From an uncultured Methanosarcinales archaeon (GTDB taxonomy: Archaea; Nanobdellota; Nanobdellia; Woesearchaeales; WJKR01): a stretch of DNA of 64,000 nucleotides. The notes beneath the pieces were generated by a model. It had not been told where the DNA came from. It worked only from the letters and a program-made list of their open reading frames with translations, and made no database searches. The position numbers and the translations under genes were made by a program. Below are positions 19,862 to 29,246 of the stretch, piece by piece. Numbering within the stretch: position 1 is the stretch's first letter; the number at the start of each line of letters is the position of its first letter. The stretch lies in NCBI GenBank assembly GCA_964556395.1, contig CAZKVR010000001.1, positions 106,996 through 170,995 of the forward strand, given 5' to 3'.

Positions 19862-20478
19862 CTTGCCTTCCAGGGATTGTCTTCTCCCATAAGATAGTGT
19901 TCTCCTCCGCCTTCTATGGCAGCGTAAGGTACGACGTCCGTGATGACGAATCGTGGATTCCCGTATTCCGGAGCGATGTCAAGATATTCCTCCAGTGTCT
20001 GTATGACTCCTCCCATCATCCCGCCTGGCAGGAAGGTTCTCAGGGTAAGAGGATACTTCTTGACATATGGCAGCAGTTCGTGATAGCCCCACACCTTGTC
20101 TTCTAAGTCTCGTCGGACGGTGTAGGTGGTTTCGGGTTTCTTCTTCGGCTTCAGTACCTGGCCACCTGGTATGATGACGTTTCCGTCCGCCCAGAGGGCT
20201 GTGACTTTTTCAGGGTTCTTTCCAGTATACTCTTTTCCGTCTTTCCTGATTGTCATCTGTTGCCCTTTCCGGTAAGAGACTCTTCCTATCTCCTTCGCTT
20301 CGGTATGGAGGGTTTTGAAGAGGAATGATTCCATCTCCGTCGGATACCCTTTCAGTTGTTTCTCGAAAGCCTCTTGTCGCGCTTTCTGCTCTGCTGCTTT
20401 TTCGTCTTGCGGCTGTTCTTTCTTGCAGCCCGTTACAAATGCGATGATGATCGCTGCGATGATGATTGTTTTTCTCAT
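19858..20478 (-). CDS. Lipoprotein (lipobox VTGC)
   Basis: The N-terminus is MRKTIIIAAIIIAFVTGCKKEQ. Confidence 0.55.
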   Translation of the reverse strand: MRKTIIIAAIIIAFVTGCKKEQPQDEKAAEQKARQEAFEKQLKGYPTEMESFLFKTLHTEAKEIGRVSYRKGQQMTIRKDGKEYTGKNPEKVTALWADGNVIIPGGQVLKPKKKPETTYTVRRDLEDKVWGYHELLPYVKKYPLTLRTFLPGGMMGGVIQTLEEYLDIAPEYGNPRFVITDVVPYAAIEGGGEHYLMGEDNPWKAR

Positions 20479-20548
20479 GATTGAAACGTTTTAGATTAGA
20501 CATAAATGTTATTTTAACTGTTTTTGATGTCTTTTGGCGTGTTCTCGT

Positions 20549-20929
20549 TTAGAGGAATGCCACGACACCGTATTTTAGGTCTTCCAGGCTCGTGTAGAAT
20601 ACCAGTTTCTTCCTGCTTATCCCGAGTATCTTGGCTTTGTTCGCTATCCTGTCCGGAACGATGAGATGGCAGGTGATGTCTTTCTCACCAGCCAGTTCTG
20701 CTATAGGGACGAGAGTCTCGAGATATGAGGTCTGGATGCTCCTAAGGTCTATGGCGACGTTTTTTCGTCCTTTGAGGATGCTATTGACGTGCCTCTTGAG
20801 GAATAAGACTGTGAGCTTCCGATTCTGTATTGGTCGTCTCTTCAGAGACAGTAAGGGCATCTCGCCTCTTAAGGTTTTTATGGAACCTTCAGGCTTGGTG
20901 ATCTGATTGTTAGCATTCTTTTTTTCCAT
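20549..20929 (-). CDS. STAS-like small protein
   Basis: The region VAIDLRSIQTSYLETLVPIAELAGEKDITCHLIVPDRIANKAKILGI resembles an anti-sigma antagonist. Confidence 0.4.
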   Translation of the reverse strand: MEKKNANNQITKPEGSIKTLRGEMPLLSLKRRPIQNRKLTVLFLKRHVNSILKGRKNVAIDLRSIQTSYLETLVPIAELAGEKDITCHLIVPDRIANKAKILGISRKKLVFYTSLEDLKYGVVAFL

Positions 20930-20940
20930 TTTTTTGGTTT

Positions 20941-21801
20941 TTATTTGATAAAGACTGTTATGTTCTTGAAGACTATCTTGGAACCTTCTTTTTCCAGTAT
21001 CAGCGAGCAGGCTCGCTCCTCTTCGAAACCCTTGCTATAGGCTGAGACCTTGAGGGGTTCTATGGCAAGGTGTCTTGCAAGTTTGTTGTAGGCATCCTTG
21101 ACATTGGAGGCCTCAAAGTGAGTCGAGAATGATGGGTTGTAGTGCCATAACGCCTCGTCGTGCGGCGTGAAGAAGCCGTCTGCGGGCGTCAGCCGTACCA
21201 GTCCGGCAACCTCTTCCCTTTGTAATCGGAACATTTCAGGGAGTTTTGGGTCGTTGGTCAGGTCCTTGAGCAGTTCTTCGGCTTGTATGTCGGTATCTGC
21301 TTCCGTGAGTATCGGACCTTCCACGAGTTGTAGCGTGTGGAAAATCCTCTTGTTAAGGCTGACTGACCTCATGTTTCTCATCATCGTCGTCATCCTCTTC
21401 GCCGTGGCTTTCCGATGGAAGTCGCTCATCGAGAGGTAGAATGAGATGCCTTTCACACCTTCGAGACATGACTTCTTCACCACTCTCTCATAGGCTTCCG
21501 GGGAGATGATAATATGCACTCCGTCAGGGAAGCGGAATACGAGTGAGTGGATCGCCTGGGAGGAGGATGGGTCGAATCCGACTCTTGAGATGTCGAGTAT
21601 CAGGGCACTTTCAGCCGCAATCCTTGGTAAGACCTCATATTTGAGGAATTGCTTGGCATTGCGGCAGGTCAGCTTCTTCTTGAGAGCGAACACTGGCACC
21701 GTTCCGGAGCCTTCCATGTGCTCGCTCCTTGGATTATACGATAGTTTCATTTTCATTACTTCGTCAATATTGGCGTTTTTCTGTTTTGAAAAGAGCGACA
21801 C
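20941..21801 (-). CDS. Hypothetical protein
   Basis: ORF only. Confidence 0.45.
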   Translation of the reverse strand: MSLFSKQKNANIDEVMKMKLSYNPRSEHMEGSGTVPVFALKKKLTCRNAKQFLKYEVLPRIAAESALILDISRVGFDPSSSQAIHSLVFRFPDGVHIIISPEAYERVVKKSCLEGVKGISFYLSMSDFHRKATAKRMTTMMRNMRSVSLNKRIFHTLQLVEGPILTEADTDIQAEELLKDLTNDPKLPEMFRLQREEVAGLVRLTPADGFFTPHDEALWHYNPSFSTHFEASNVKDAYNKLARHLAIEPLKVSAYSKGFEEERACSLILEKEGSKIVFKNITVFIK

Positions 21802-21867
21802 CCTCGAACCTTGTTCACGTTCCTCAAAGGACGTGGATGGTGTGGGTGTCTCGTGTCAGAAATTTTT

Positions 21868-22452
21868 TCATAATACTACAATCCTTGGCCAGAAGGCCAG
21901 TATTCCTAACAGTATCGCGTTCAATGCGGCTAGCAGGTACAAACCGTTCTTCAATTGTTTCTTGTCCAAGCCGATTAACTTGACCTGCGGTCCGGGTTGG
22001 TTCTCGTCCTCGGTCCATCGGTTGATGTATCCGATGCTTAGGTATGCTTGGTATCCAAAGTAAGCTGCTATTAAAAGCTGGAGGAATGGGATGATAGATC
22101 TTGATTCTCCTATCCATGAAAGATATATTAGCGCAGAGTAATATATGAAATTCAACGATAGCAGCGCGAAGAGCGAGGCTATAACTGCTATACTAGGACC
22201 ACCGTAGCGTTTCTCGAAGCCGAGCTTATTGATAGAGATTACCAATATCAGGACTGTTGTGAACAATGAGAGTATGACTGCAGCCCCGTGGCGTACCTGT
22301 GATGAGAGGCGCTCTGGGATGTCGATATCTCCCAGGCTTGTGAGCAGGCTCATCGGCTGCAGTAATAGTATGAAGAGTGCGGCAGTGGCAAGTACTATGA
22401 TGACGCCTCTTGATAAAAGGCTCTTCTTGGTGATTGTGGCGTGTTGTTGCAT
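21868..22452 (-). CDS. Integral membrane protein
   Basis: About six TM helices are present. Confidence 0.5.
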   Translation of the reverse strand: MQQHATITKKSLLSRGVIIVLATAALFILLLQPMSLLTSLGDIDIPERLSSQVRHGAAVILSLFTTVLILVISINKLGFEKRYGGPSIAVIASLFALLSLNFIYYSALIYLSWIGESRSIIPFLQLLIAAYFGYQAYLSIGYINRWTEDENQPGPQVKLIGLDKKQLKNGLYLLAALNAILLGILAFWPRIVVL

Positions 22453-22473
22453 GTATCTTTATGTTTTGGTGCG

Positions 22474-22893
22474 TTATCGTTTGTCCTTATTCGCTTTTTC
22501 CCCGAATTTCACCCTTATCCTTCGTAACTCCCGTACCTGTTCTTCCGCGAGGAGTATCATGGCGGTGTCTGCCGGGTTGTCCGCGTCGAAGTGCACTGCC
22601 GGCTGTTCCGAATACAGGTCGGCGACGTAGTATCGTTTGATCTTCGTGCCGTCCCCCATGGACACCGTGTACACCGCTAGGTGGTCTTCCGCGACTTTCC
22701 AGTAGTATTCTTCTCCTTCTTCAGGGGCGGGGTCGTAGGTGAACGCCAGTGTGGAGTCGGAGGTGTCATAGTATCTCTCTATGTCGCCTGTTTGCTGGCA
22801 ATAGTACGTCGGTTCTTGTTGTTCTGGCTGTGCTTGCTGGCAGCCGATGATGATTAGTCCTAGTAGGATGAGTGTTTGTCTCATAAGATTCAT
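22474..22893 (-). CDS. Lipoprotein
   Basis: The N-terminus is MNLMRQTLILLGLIIIGCQQ. Confidence 0.5.
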   Translation of the reverse strand: MNLMRQTLILLGLIIIGCQQAQPEQQEPTYYCQQTGDIERYYDTSDSTLAFTYDPAPEEGEEYYWKVAEDHLAVYTVSMGDGTKIKRYYVADLYSEQPAVHFDADNPADTAMILLAEEQVRELRRIRVKFGEKANKDKR

Positions 22894-22996
22894 TTTTTTT
22901 GTTAATACGTTTTTTTTTAGGGACTTCTGGAAAAGTATCCTTGTGAGGGGGCGCTTCCCTCTTTGGTTGGCGCCCCGTCACGAGCGGAGGTCTGCG

Positions 22997-23371
22997 TTAT
23001 TGTGGCGGCCTCTTGGGTACGATGAAGACCTTCTCGTGCTCTGAATCGTCCAGCAGGTAGTCCTTTAGTGATGCTGCGTAGACTCCCATGTAGTCGTCAT
23101 AGGCTTCGAGGGTGTCGTTTATGGCATGTTTGTACACCACCTGGTAGACATCCTCGTCTGCATCTATGGTTGTTATGTAGAGTTCGTAGAAGCCGTCGAC
23201 GAAGTCTTCGCTTGCCGTTCCTGAGAGGAGCAGGTCTACTATCTTTGAGTCTGCTGGGGAGTAGAGGTCTGCTGCCGTATTGACGGTCTTTTTCGTGTCT
23301 TTCTCCACCTGTCCGTAGCTTGTTGCTATGGTGGCGAGCATGATTGTTATTATGATGATGTTTTTTCTCAT
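22997..23371 (-). CDS. Secreted small protein
   Basis: A signal peptide is present. Confidence 0.45.
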   Translation of the reverse strand: MRKNIIIITIMLATIATSYGQVEKDTKKTVNTAADLYSPADSKIVDLLLSGTASEDFVDGFYELYITTIDADEDVYQVVYKHAINDTLEAYDDYMGVYAASLKDYLLDDSEHEKVFIVPKRPPQ

Positions 23372-23548
23372 GAGTTTTTTGCAGTTTTGTTAATATCTTT
23401 CGAAAAAGGACACTTGTTAAAAGTGCCCTTCCTCAGGAATTGTTTAGTTTGCAGAAGAATCCTTTGACGTGTAATCAAGTTTTTCTGCATTGCTGATGAC
23501 GTGGTTTCCGATCGGATGCTCTAGTGCGATGCTTTCCTGATGTTCACT

Positions 23549-23890
23549 TTATTGGGAACCAGTCCAGGTGTAAGTGTATTCTTCACAGGCTGAAAGAGTG
23601 TAAGATCTTGTGTGCCAAGTGTGCTGGTATCCTGTCGTGGAAGCCCAGAGCGTGATGCTTCCTGCGTCGATATCTTTGTAAGTTGTGAAGCTTCCAGGGT
23701 TTATCCATCTTTCATCATTCATTTCGCTTGACCCGTAGGTGACATCTACTACGATTTTCGTGCTGGTGTTGTTTTCGACAACAACAGTGCCGTGGTTGTA
23801 TTTTTCGCAGTCTTCCTCTTGCTCGCAACTAATGGCGAATATTGCAATCGTTGCAATGAGGACTGTTGAAATAGTGCTTGTAAGTTTCAT
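23549..23890 (-). CDS. Lipoprotein (start at MKLTSTIST). Shares a conserved upstream leader with gene 23974..24453
   Basis: The lipobox is AISC. The ORF-track extension uses a TTG start. Confidence 0.5.
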   Translation of the reverse strand: MKLTSTISTVLIATIAIFAISCEQEEDCEKYNHGTVVVENNTSTKIVVDVTYGSSEMNDERWINPGSFTTYKDIDAGSITLWASTTGYQHTWHTRSYTLSACEEYTYTWTGSQ

Positions 23891-23973
23891 AAGCTGTTGA
23901 TTTTTTTGGTTGAACAATGGTTTGACCTACCTGGCAAGGTATTTTGGGTTTTTGGAGTATCTGTATAGGTTTT

Positions 23974-24453
23974 TTATAACGAGAACCCGATAGAGATGTC
24001 TATCGCAGCGCCGTCATAAACTCTTGAATAAAGGTATCCTATGCCTATCTTGAAATCGATGTTTTCTCCGCCCCACCTATATCCTCCTATGAAGTTTACT
24101 GTGCCGCTCACATCATCCACTTCTCCGTTGATCGTCTGGACAGCATTAGTCGTGCTGTAGCCCAATGCTGTATACCATCCGTCTTGAAAATAGTCTTGAA
24201 TCCCATACCAATAGAGTGAGATATCAAAACATCCGTAGGATGCATCAGCTATGGAAGGGGCAAATTTATGCCAACCGAACGCTATGCTAGTGTTATCAAC
24301 AAAATATTCTATACCTACAAAACCTGTCATGTCTGAAAGGCCTGCTCTTAGATAAGTGTTCTCGTTTTGAATGTCACTTTGGGCATTTGCTTCAGTTGTA
24401 GAGACTAAAGCCAAAGCGATGACAACTGTTGAAATGATAATTGTAAGTTTCAT
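23974..24453 (-). CDS. OMP-like beta-barrel protein (signal peptide plus amphipathic beta-strands)
   Basis: The N-terminus is MKLTIIISTVVIALALVSTTEANAQ. Segments GYRWGG and GIGYLYS show the alternating pattern. It is paralogous in style to genes 39980..40453 and 40505..41080. Confidence 0.5.
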   Translation of the reverse strand: MKLTIIISTVVIALALVSTTEANAQSDIQNENTYLRAGLSDMTGFVGIEYFVDNTSIAFGWHKFAPSIADASYGCFDISLYWYGIQDYFQDGWYTALGYSTTNAVQTINGEVDDVSGTVNFIGGYRWGGENIDFKIGIGYLYSRVYDGAAIDISIGFSL

Positions 24454-24949
24454 AAGCCGTTAAATTTTTGGTTGAACAATGGTTTGACCTACCAGGGACG
24501 GTAGTTTGGGTTTTTTGGAATAGTTTTTGAAATGCAATACCTCCTTTCTTATTTTAAGAGTTTTTTGATGAAATAGAAGAGGTGGGCGTAGATAGAAAGA
24601 ACGCCCAACCTCCTGAAAAAGAATCGCTTGAAGTTCATTGAGAATTTGAACCGAATGTGTTGTTCTTTATTAAGAATGAGAGCCTAAAGCGGTTCTAGGA
24701 AGTAATCTACTCTTTCACCGCCGAACAGCGTTCTCTTCCTCCTTACGCTTCCTCGGGAACCTCTTCCTTGTTTTGCGAATTCGGCTGCAGCTGGAGCGAG
24801 GGTGTCTTTAGCAACCTCGTCTTGTGAAGTCCTTTCAAGGACTTTGGCTGCCCGGTCCGCATCTTTTTCGGCGATTGTCGTCTTAACATCCGGTATGATG
24901 ACTGGATTTGTGTTGATGTGGGGAGTGGAAGGACATGTTGTATTAGGTA

Positions 24950-25207
24950 TTAGTCTTCCGTTTTCCCATACATAATGTAACATATTGCTTTTCCTCCTTT
25001 CTTTTTGTTCTGTTTGTCGCTTTTTTCCTCTTTCTCTTCCTGGTTGATTTGGGAAGTCGCTCCAGCGGTGGCGAGAGCGCCGAGAGGAGTTGCGAATAAG
25101 CTCAGACCGCCGGTAAAGGGAGCGGCCACTATGGTCGCTATAGTCCATGCTATGCCATATCCCTTCACATCTCTCCTTTCTTCATTATAATCGCGTGCCA
25201 TTTTCAA
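24950..25207 (-). CDS. Small Gly-zipper membrane protein
   Basis: The hydrophobic stretch is GIAWTIATIVAAPFTGGLSLFATPLGALATAGA. It partly overlaps ORF 24684..25148. Confidence 0.35.
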   Translation of the reverse strand: MKMARDYNEERRDVKGYGIAWTIATIVAAPFTGGLSLFATPLGALATAGATSQINQEEKEEKSDKQNKKKGGKAICYIMYGKTED

Positions 25208-25415
25208 AGCCTCCTTTCTTTTTTGTCAATTTGGTTATTATTAAATTGAAAACTGTATGTAGTGTGAGGAAAATATCTATGAGAGACTTGCGCGGATAGG
25301 AAGAAATGTCCGGCATCATTAGAAAGGATCATTTGAGGACCTCGTTGACTCCTCTCTTTTTCCTCGGCGTCTCTCTCCGTTGCTAATGCCTCAAAGATAT
25401 CCTTCTTGTTGTTCT

Positions 25416-25952
25416 CTAGGCCGACAGTCCCGCTTTCTCCATGAGGTATTCCCACAAGGGTGGTATCGTGATGTCGAATCCGCTTTCCTCATGGAGGTTT
25501 TGCGTGTACTCGCTCGCTTTCTCCAGCATCTCTATCCAGTTGCCGCTCACATTTTCGAATAGCGAGTTACTTCCTTGTACCAGTATGATGGCATGATCGT
25601 CGGAGCAGAGCGCCAGCGTCATGCATTCTGCCTTCTCATCCTTGTCGTCGGGCCAGAATCTTCCTGCGGCGACTTGTGCTGTCGTGATCGGCAGGGTCAC
25701 TGTCAACAATACCTCGTTGCCTATCCAGTCGCGGTAGGTGTCCATCTGGTCATGGATCGGCCAGATGCCTTCTACAGAGCAGGCTTCGATGTCGTCTCCT
25801 TTCTCCATCATGGTTTGTATCTTCTCTTCCATCTCGTTGATGTCAAAAATGCTTCGTAGGACTCCTTCGAAATACTCGTCTATCCATTCTCTCAGGATGA
25901 TTACTTTCTTTGCGTTCTCTTGGTCTTTCGGAGTTTGCTGTAGATTTTTCAT
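25416..25952 (-). CDS. Hypothetical cytoplasmic protein
   Basis: ORF only. Confidence 0.45.
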   Translation of the reverse strand: MKNLQQTPKDQENAKKVIILREWIDEYFEGVLRSIFDINEMEEKIQTMMEKGDDIEACSVEGIWPIHDQMDTYRDWIGNEVLLTVTLPITTAQVAAGRFWPDDKDEKAECMTLALCSDDHAIILVQGSNSLFENVSGNWIEMLEKASEYTQNLHEESGFDITIPPLWEYLMEKAGLSA

Positions 25953-26071
25953 AACTCTATTTTTAGGTGTTTAACAATATTTGATATTTAGTCTGGCGGT
26001 ACGCCCTTTTCTTGTCCGTCCAGGGCGAGGATAGGTGTCTTACACCGTACCGGCCGGTGGTTCGTCGTGGT

Positions 26072-26470
26072 TCAGTCGTTCGTCTTTCGGTATGGGCAGA
26101 TGAGTTCGTCGACGCCTTCGTATGCGTCTTCGTTGACGAGTTCCTCTAGGGATCGTTCGTCCGTGGGTGCTAGGGTCGTCGGGTGTTCGTCCACCATTGG
26201 TGGCCATTCGTGTGCTTGTGAAAACAATGGGTATTCTTCTATCATATCTGGTGATTTTGCTTGTTGCTGTTTTTCCGTCGTGAGAGCTGTTTTTTCGGTG
26301 GTTTTCCGTCGTATCTCTTGTTTTGATAGTGCTCTCGCTAAGAATTCTGGGTGTCCCAGAGCCGTTCTCGAGGGGTTTTTCACCGTTGGTCTCGATCTTT
26401 GTGGCTGTGGGTTTGCGACGCATGTCTTTGGCTTGTTGTCTTCGCGAATCGTGGTTCGTTCTGGCGACAA
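26072..26470 (-). CDS. Hypothetical acidic, disordered protein, possibly third gene of the ATPase operon
   Basis: The ORF lies downstream of gene 26604..28640 on the same strand. A TATATA sequence sits in the gap. Confidence 0.35.
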   Translation of the reverse strand: MSPERTTIREDNKPKTCVANPQPQRSRPTVKNPSRTALGHPEFLARALSKQEIRRKTTEKTALTTEKQQQAKSPDMIEEYPLFSQAHEWPPMVDEHPTTLAPTDERSLEELVNEDAYEGVDELICPYRKTND

Positions 26471-26603
26471 TGCCTGTGGTTGGTGTAGAGTCCCTCGTTA
26501 GGGATTCTTGCGTTTGTGCGGCGTCGCTGTGGTTGTGTGATGTGTTGTTGAGTGTGAGTTCGTCGTGAAAGACGAGGTGATATATAAGGATTGCGATTTG
26601 TAA

Positions 26604-28640
26604 CTACTTATTGGTGGCTAAAACTTTATCCACTTGTGCCGTGTGGTTCACCCGGGCGTACTTGGTCCAACCCTTCTCAGACCGTTCCTCCTCGACGAGG
26701 ATGGCGTCCTTCTCCTCCAGGGACTTCTTCACCTCGTTCCCCTTCCGGGGAGAGAAACCCGCTTCCTTATACAATTGCGATATCGGCATGCCGGGCTTGT
26801 CCTTCGCCGCCTTGAGGAATGCCAGCTCCTCCGCAGAAAGGCTGAGGGGCTTCTCTGCTCGAGCAGCAGCCTTTCTCGCCAGTCTCTTCGCCAGGCCTGA
26901 CCGTTTGATGTACTGGAACGTGTGCATGACATCCGCCCGTTTGAATCCTGCTTGCAGGAACCATTTCCGCAGTTCGTCGAAGCCTTCCCCGTTGAGCATG
27001 CGCTTCTTCGCCTGGTCGAGAATCTTCTGCTGCAAATGATTGCGGATACCATAGCCCGCCGGCCCGTCCTGCACCTTCTTGTGGTGCTCGTCCTGCGCCT
27101 GCTGCGCCGCTTTACGCGCCTCGTCGAATTGCAGGTGTTCTTTCAGCACGGTCCTGTTCGGCTCGGTCCCGCTCTTGATGAACGTGTACTCGAGCTTTGA
27201 GAGTTTCCGCGCCAGTTCTTCTTCTTTCACGCTTTTCTCGAAGACTTCTTTGCGTCTCTTCGTCTTGAGCAGCGCCTTCATCCGCTCTCGCAGATCGTCA
27301 TCGTCGATGGCCTGGCTTTTCAGCCTCATCAAGGGTGCCTTGATGACGAACGGCTCGTGGTGGCGTTCCACCAGTCGCACGAGCGCCTCACCCACTGGCA
27401 ACTTGGTGAAGAACTCTTTCTGGTCGCGTAGTTGCATGAGCCTGCTGATGGCTTCCACGTCCGCCGGGAGCATCTGTTGGAAGGCGATGTTCGTCGCCGA
27501 GTTACCTGACACGACGTCGGACAGCTTGCTGACGTGCTGGTCCAGCGTTATCAATGAGACGCCGTACTCTCGGATCTCTCGGAAGATGACGTCGGATATC
27601 GATTCGGAGATGAAGTTGGGGCGTTCCTTGAGGAAGATGTTGTGCGCCTCGTCCACCAATACCGCGTAGCGGAACTTCTCGGTCGGGTCGATGTTGCCGG
27701 CTTTCGCGTACTTGTAGATGTAGGAGAGCATGAACTGGGTGAAGAACTTCTTCTCAGTGTTGGACAGCGCCGCCAGTTCCATGACGGTCTCTTCGCGGAA
27801 GAGCTCTTCGATGCTGCTCTCCTCAGGCCCCTTGTAGCAGATGGCTTTCCCGAAGTTGCCGAACGTCAAGGCATAGGCGACTCGCAACGCTGATTCGAGC
27901 CATTCCGACTCGCGTGTCTTCCGAGTCTGGGCTTGCGCCTTCTCTTCCAGCCGGTCCCTGATCTGGTACCATGTCGGGTAGTTTTCCGAGCCCGCGTAGA
28001 CTCCGAAGTCCTTGTACGCCTTGTCCAGGGTTTCGACGACTATCTTGTGGACGCCGAACGATCCTGCGAACACTTCTGTGATGATGTCTGCCAGGAGGCT
28101 GACCCATTCCAGTGGTTCGACGCCTTTGGGTGGCTTGTTGATGTTGAGCTTGAAGTTGGCGACCTTGTCGTTGCCGACCGTGTACACCCTGAGCTTGTCG
28201 TTCAGCTTTACGAGTGGCCGGAAGCTTTTCTTCCAGTCGAAGACGAGGAATGGTTTCTTGTTGAAGATGAAGTTCCCTAGGACTTGGAATGCGAAGGTGG
28301 TCTTGCCGGATCCCGACATGCCAGTCACACAAACATGCCGCATCCAGTCCTGTTCTCGCAAACCAAAAGGATAGAGTTCTTTCTTACCGTACATCACCGT
28401 GCCGAGGGGGTACTTGCCTTGGATGACGTCTTTCTTCGGCGGTTCCAGGAGCAGTTGCTCGTTCAACAGACTGTCGGTCAGGTGTTTTTGGTACAGGGCG
28501 TTGATGGCTTGTTCCATCTCGGCTTTGGCGTCCCTGTCCGTGGTGAGGACGTATTTGAGGTAGAGTTGGTCGATTCTCTTGCCGAATATCGGCCTGAGCC
28601 GCCTGCAGATGTCCTCGACGCTGTTCGTCCGGCTGTGCAT
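26604..28640 (-). CDS. HerA/FtsK-superfamily (DUF87-like) P-loop ATPase with a C-terminal winged-helix domain
   Basis: Walker A is GMSGSGKT, Walker B is VLVDEAHNIF, and a sensor ITLDQ is present. A C-terminal HTH-like stretch reads MPISQLYKEAGFSPRKGNEVKKSLEEKDAILVEE. Confidence 0.75.
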   Translation of the reverse strand: MHSRTNSVEDICRRLRPIFGKRIDQLYLKYVLTTDRDAKAEMEQAINALYQKHLTDSLLNEQLLLEPPKKDVIQGKYPLGTVMYGKKELYPFGLREQDWMRHVCVTGMSGSGKTTFAFQVLGNFIFNKKPFLVFDWKKSFRPLVKLNDKLRVYTVGNDKVANFKLNINKPPKGVEPLEWVSLLADIITEVFAGSFGVHKIVVETLDKAYKDFGVYAGSENYPTWYQIRDRLEEKAQAQTRKTRESEWLESALRVAYALTFGNFGKAICYKGPEESSIEELFREETVMELAALSNTEKKFFTQFMLSYIYKYAKAGNIDPTEKFRYAVLVDEAHNIFLKERPNFISESISDVIFREIREYGVSLITLDQHVSKLSDVVSGNSATNIAFQQMLPADVEAISRLMQLRDQKEFFTKLPVGEALVRLVERHHEPFVIKAPLMRLKSQAIDDDDLRERMKALLKTKRRKEVFEKSVKEEELARKLSKLEYTFIKSGTEPNRTVLKEHLQFDEARKAAQQAQDEHHKKVQDGPAGYGIRNHLQQKILDQAKKRMLNGEGFDELRKWFLQAGFKRADVMHTFQYIKRSGLAKRLARKAAARAEKPLSLSAEELAFLKAAKDKPGMPISQLYKEAGFSPRKGNEVKKSLEEKDAILVEEERSEKGWTKYARVNHTAQVDKVLATNK

Positions 28641-28642
28641 TC

Positions 28643-29131
28643 TTATGCCTCCGGGCCGTTGAGGAGGCCGTCGATCATGCTGGCGTTGTTCTCTTGTTCT
28701 CGGAACTCGTGCATCCGGTCCCTGAGCTCTTTCTTGAGGTCTGCGATGTCTCGGAACGCGTTGATCTTCTCGTTGAGCTTGAATGATTCTATGTCGAGCA
28801 TCTTCTCCTTGAGCTCGGCCCGTTTGACCTCGTCGATCTTATCGCCTGCCGCTGCGAGGAAGTTGTTCATGTTCATCATGATCTGTTCGACATCCTTGAA
28901 CACGTCTTTCTGGAGGTCCTTGCGCTCGTCGATGAGGCTTTCGATGTCGTCGATGACCTCTTTCGTGTTCATGATCTTGGCGCCTTGGATGTCTTTCAGG
29001 ACGGAGTCCATGGACGTGTCAGTGTAGTTCTCCTTGACGTCGTCTACAGTGGGCATGAGCTTGTAGTCCTTAGAGGGTTCCTCGTTGCGCAGGAAGCCGT
29101 CCAGGAGTTCGTTGTCGAGCGTGTCAGCCAT
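28643..29131 (-). CDS. Acidic coiled-coil protein, co-transcribed with the ATPase (2-nt gap)
   Basis: Heptad-rich helical sequence. It sits immediately upstream of gene 26604..28640. Confidence 0.6.
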   Translation of the reverse strand: MADTLDNELLDGFLRNEEPSKDYKLMPTVDDVKENYTDTSMDSVLKDIQGAKIMNTKEVIDDIESLIDERKDLQKDVFKDVEQIMMNMNNFLAAAGDKIDEVKRAELKEKMLDIESFKLNEKINAFRDIADLKKELRDRMHEFREQENNASMIDGLLNGPEA

Positions 29132-29246
29132 TGTCGTGCCTCTTTTTTACTGTTTGGAGTCGGGAAAACCCTGAAAAACCGAGGGAAACGGTTTCTTTCT
29201 TACCGAGTGATAGAGAAGGTCCTATATAAAACTTTCCTTTTTTGTT

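Noticed and set aside
24684-25148. 154-aa ORF overlapping the Gly-zipper ORF 24950..25207
   Set aside because: The N-terminal two-thirds is Arg/Ser-rich low complexity. Only a shorter C-terminal portion starting near 24983 could be real. The coding status is uncertain.
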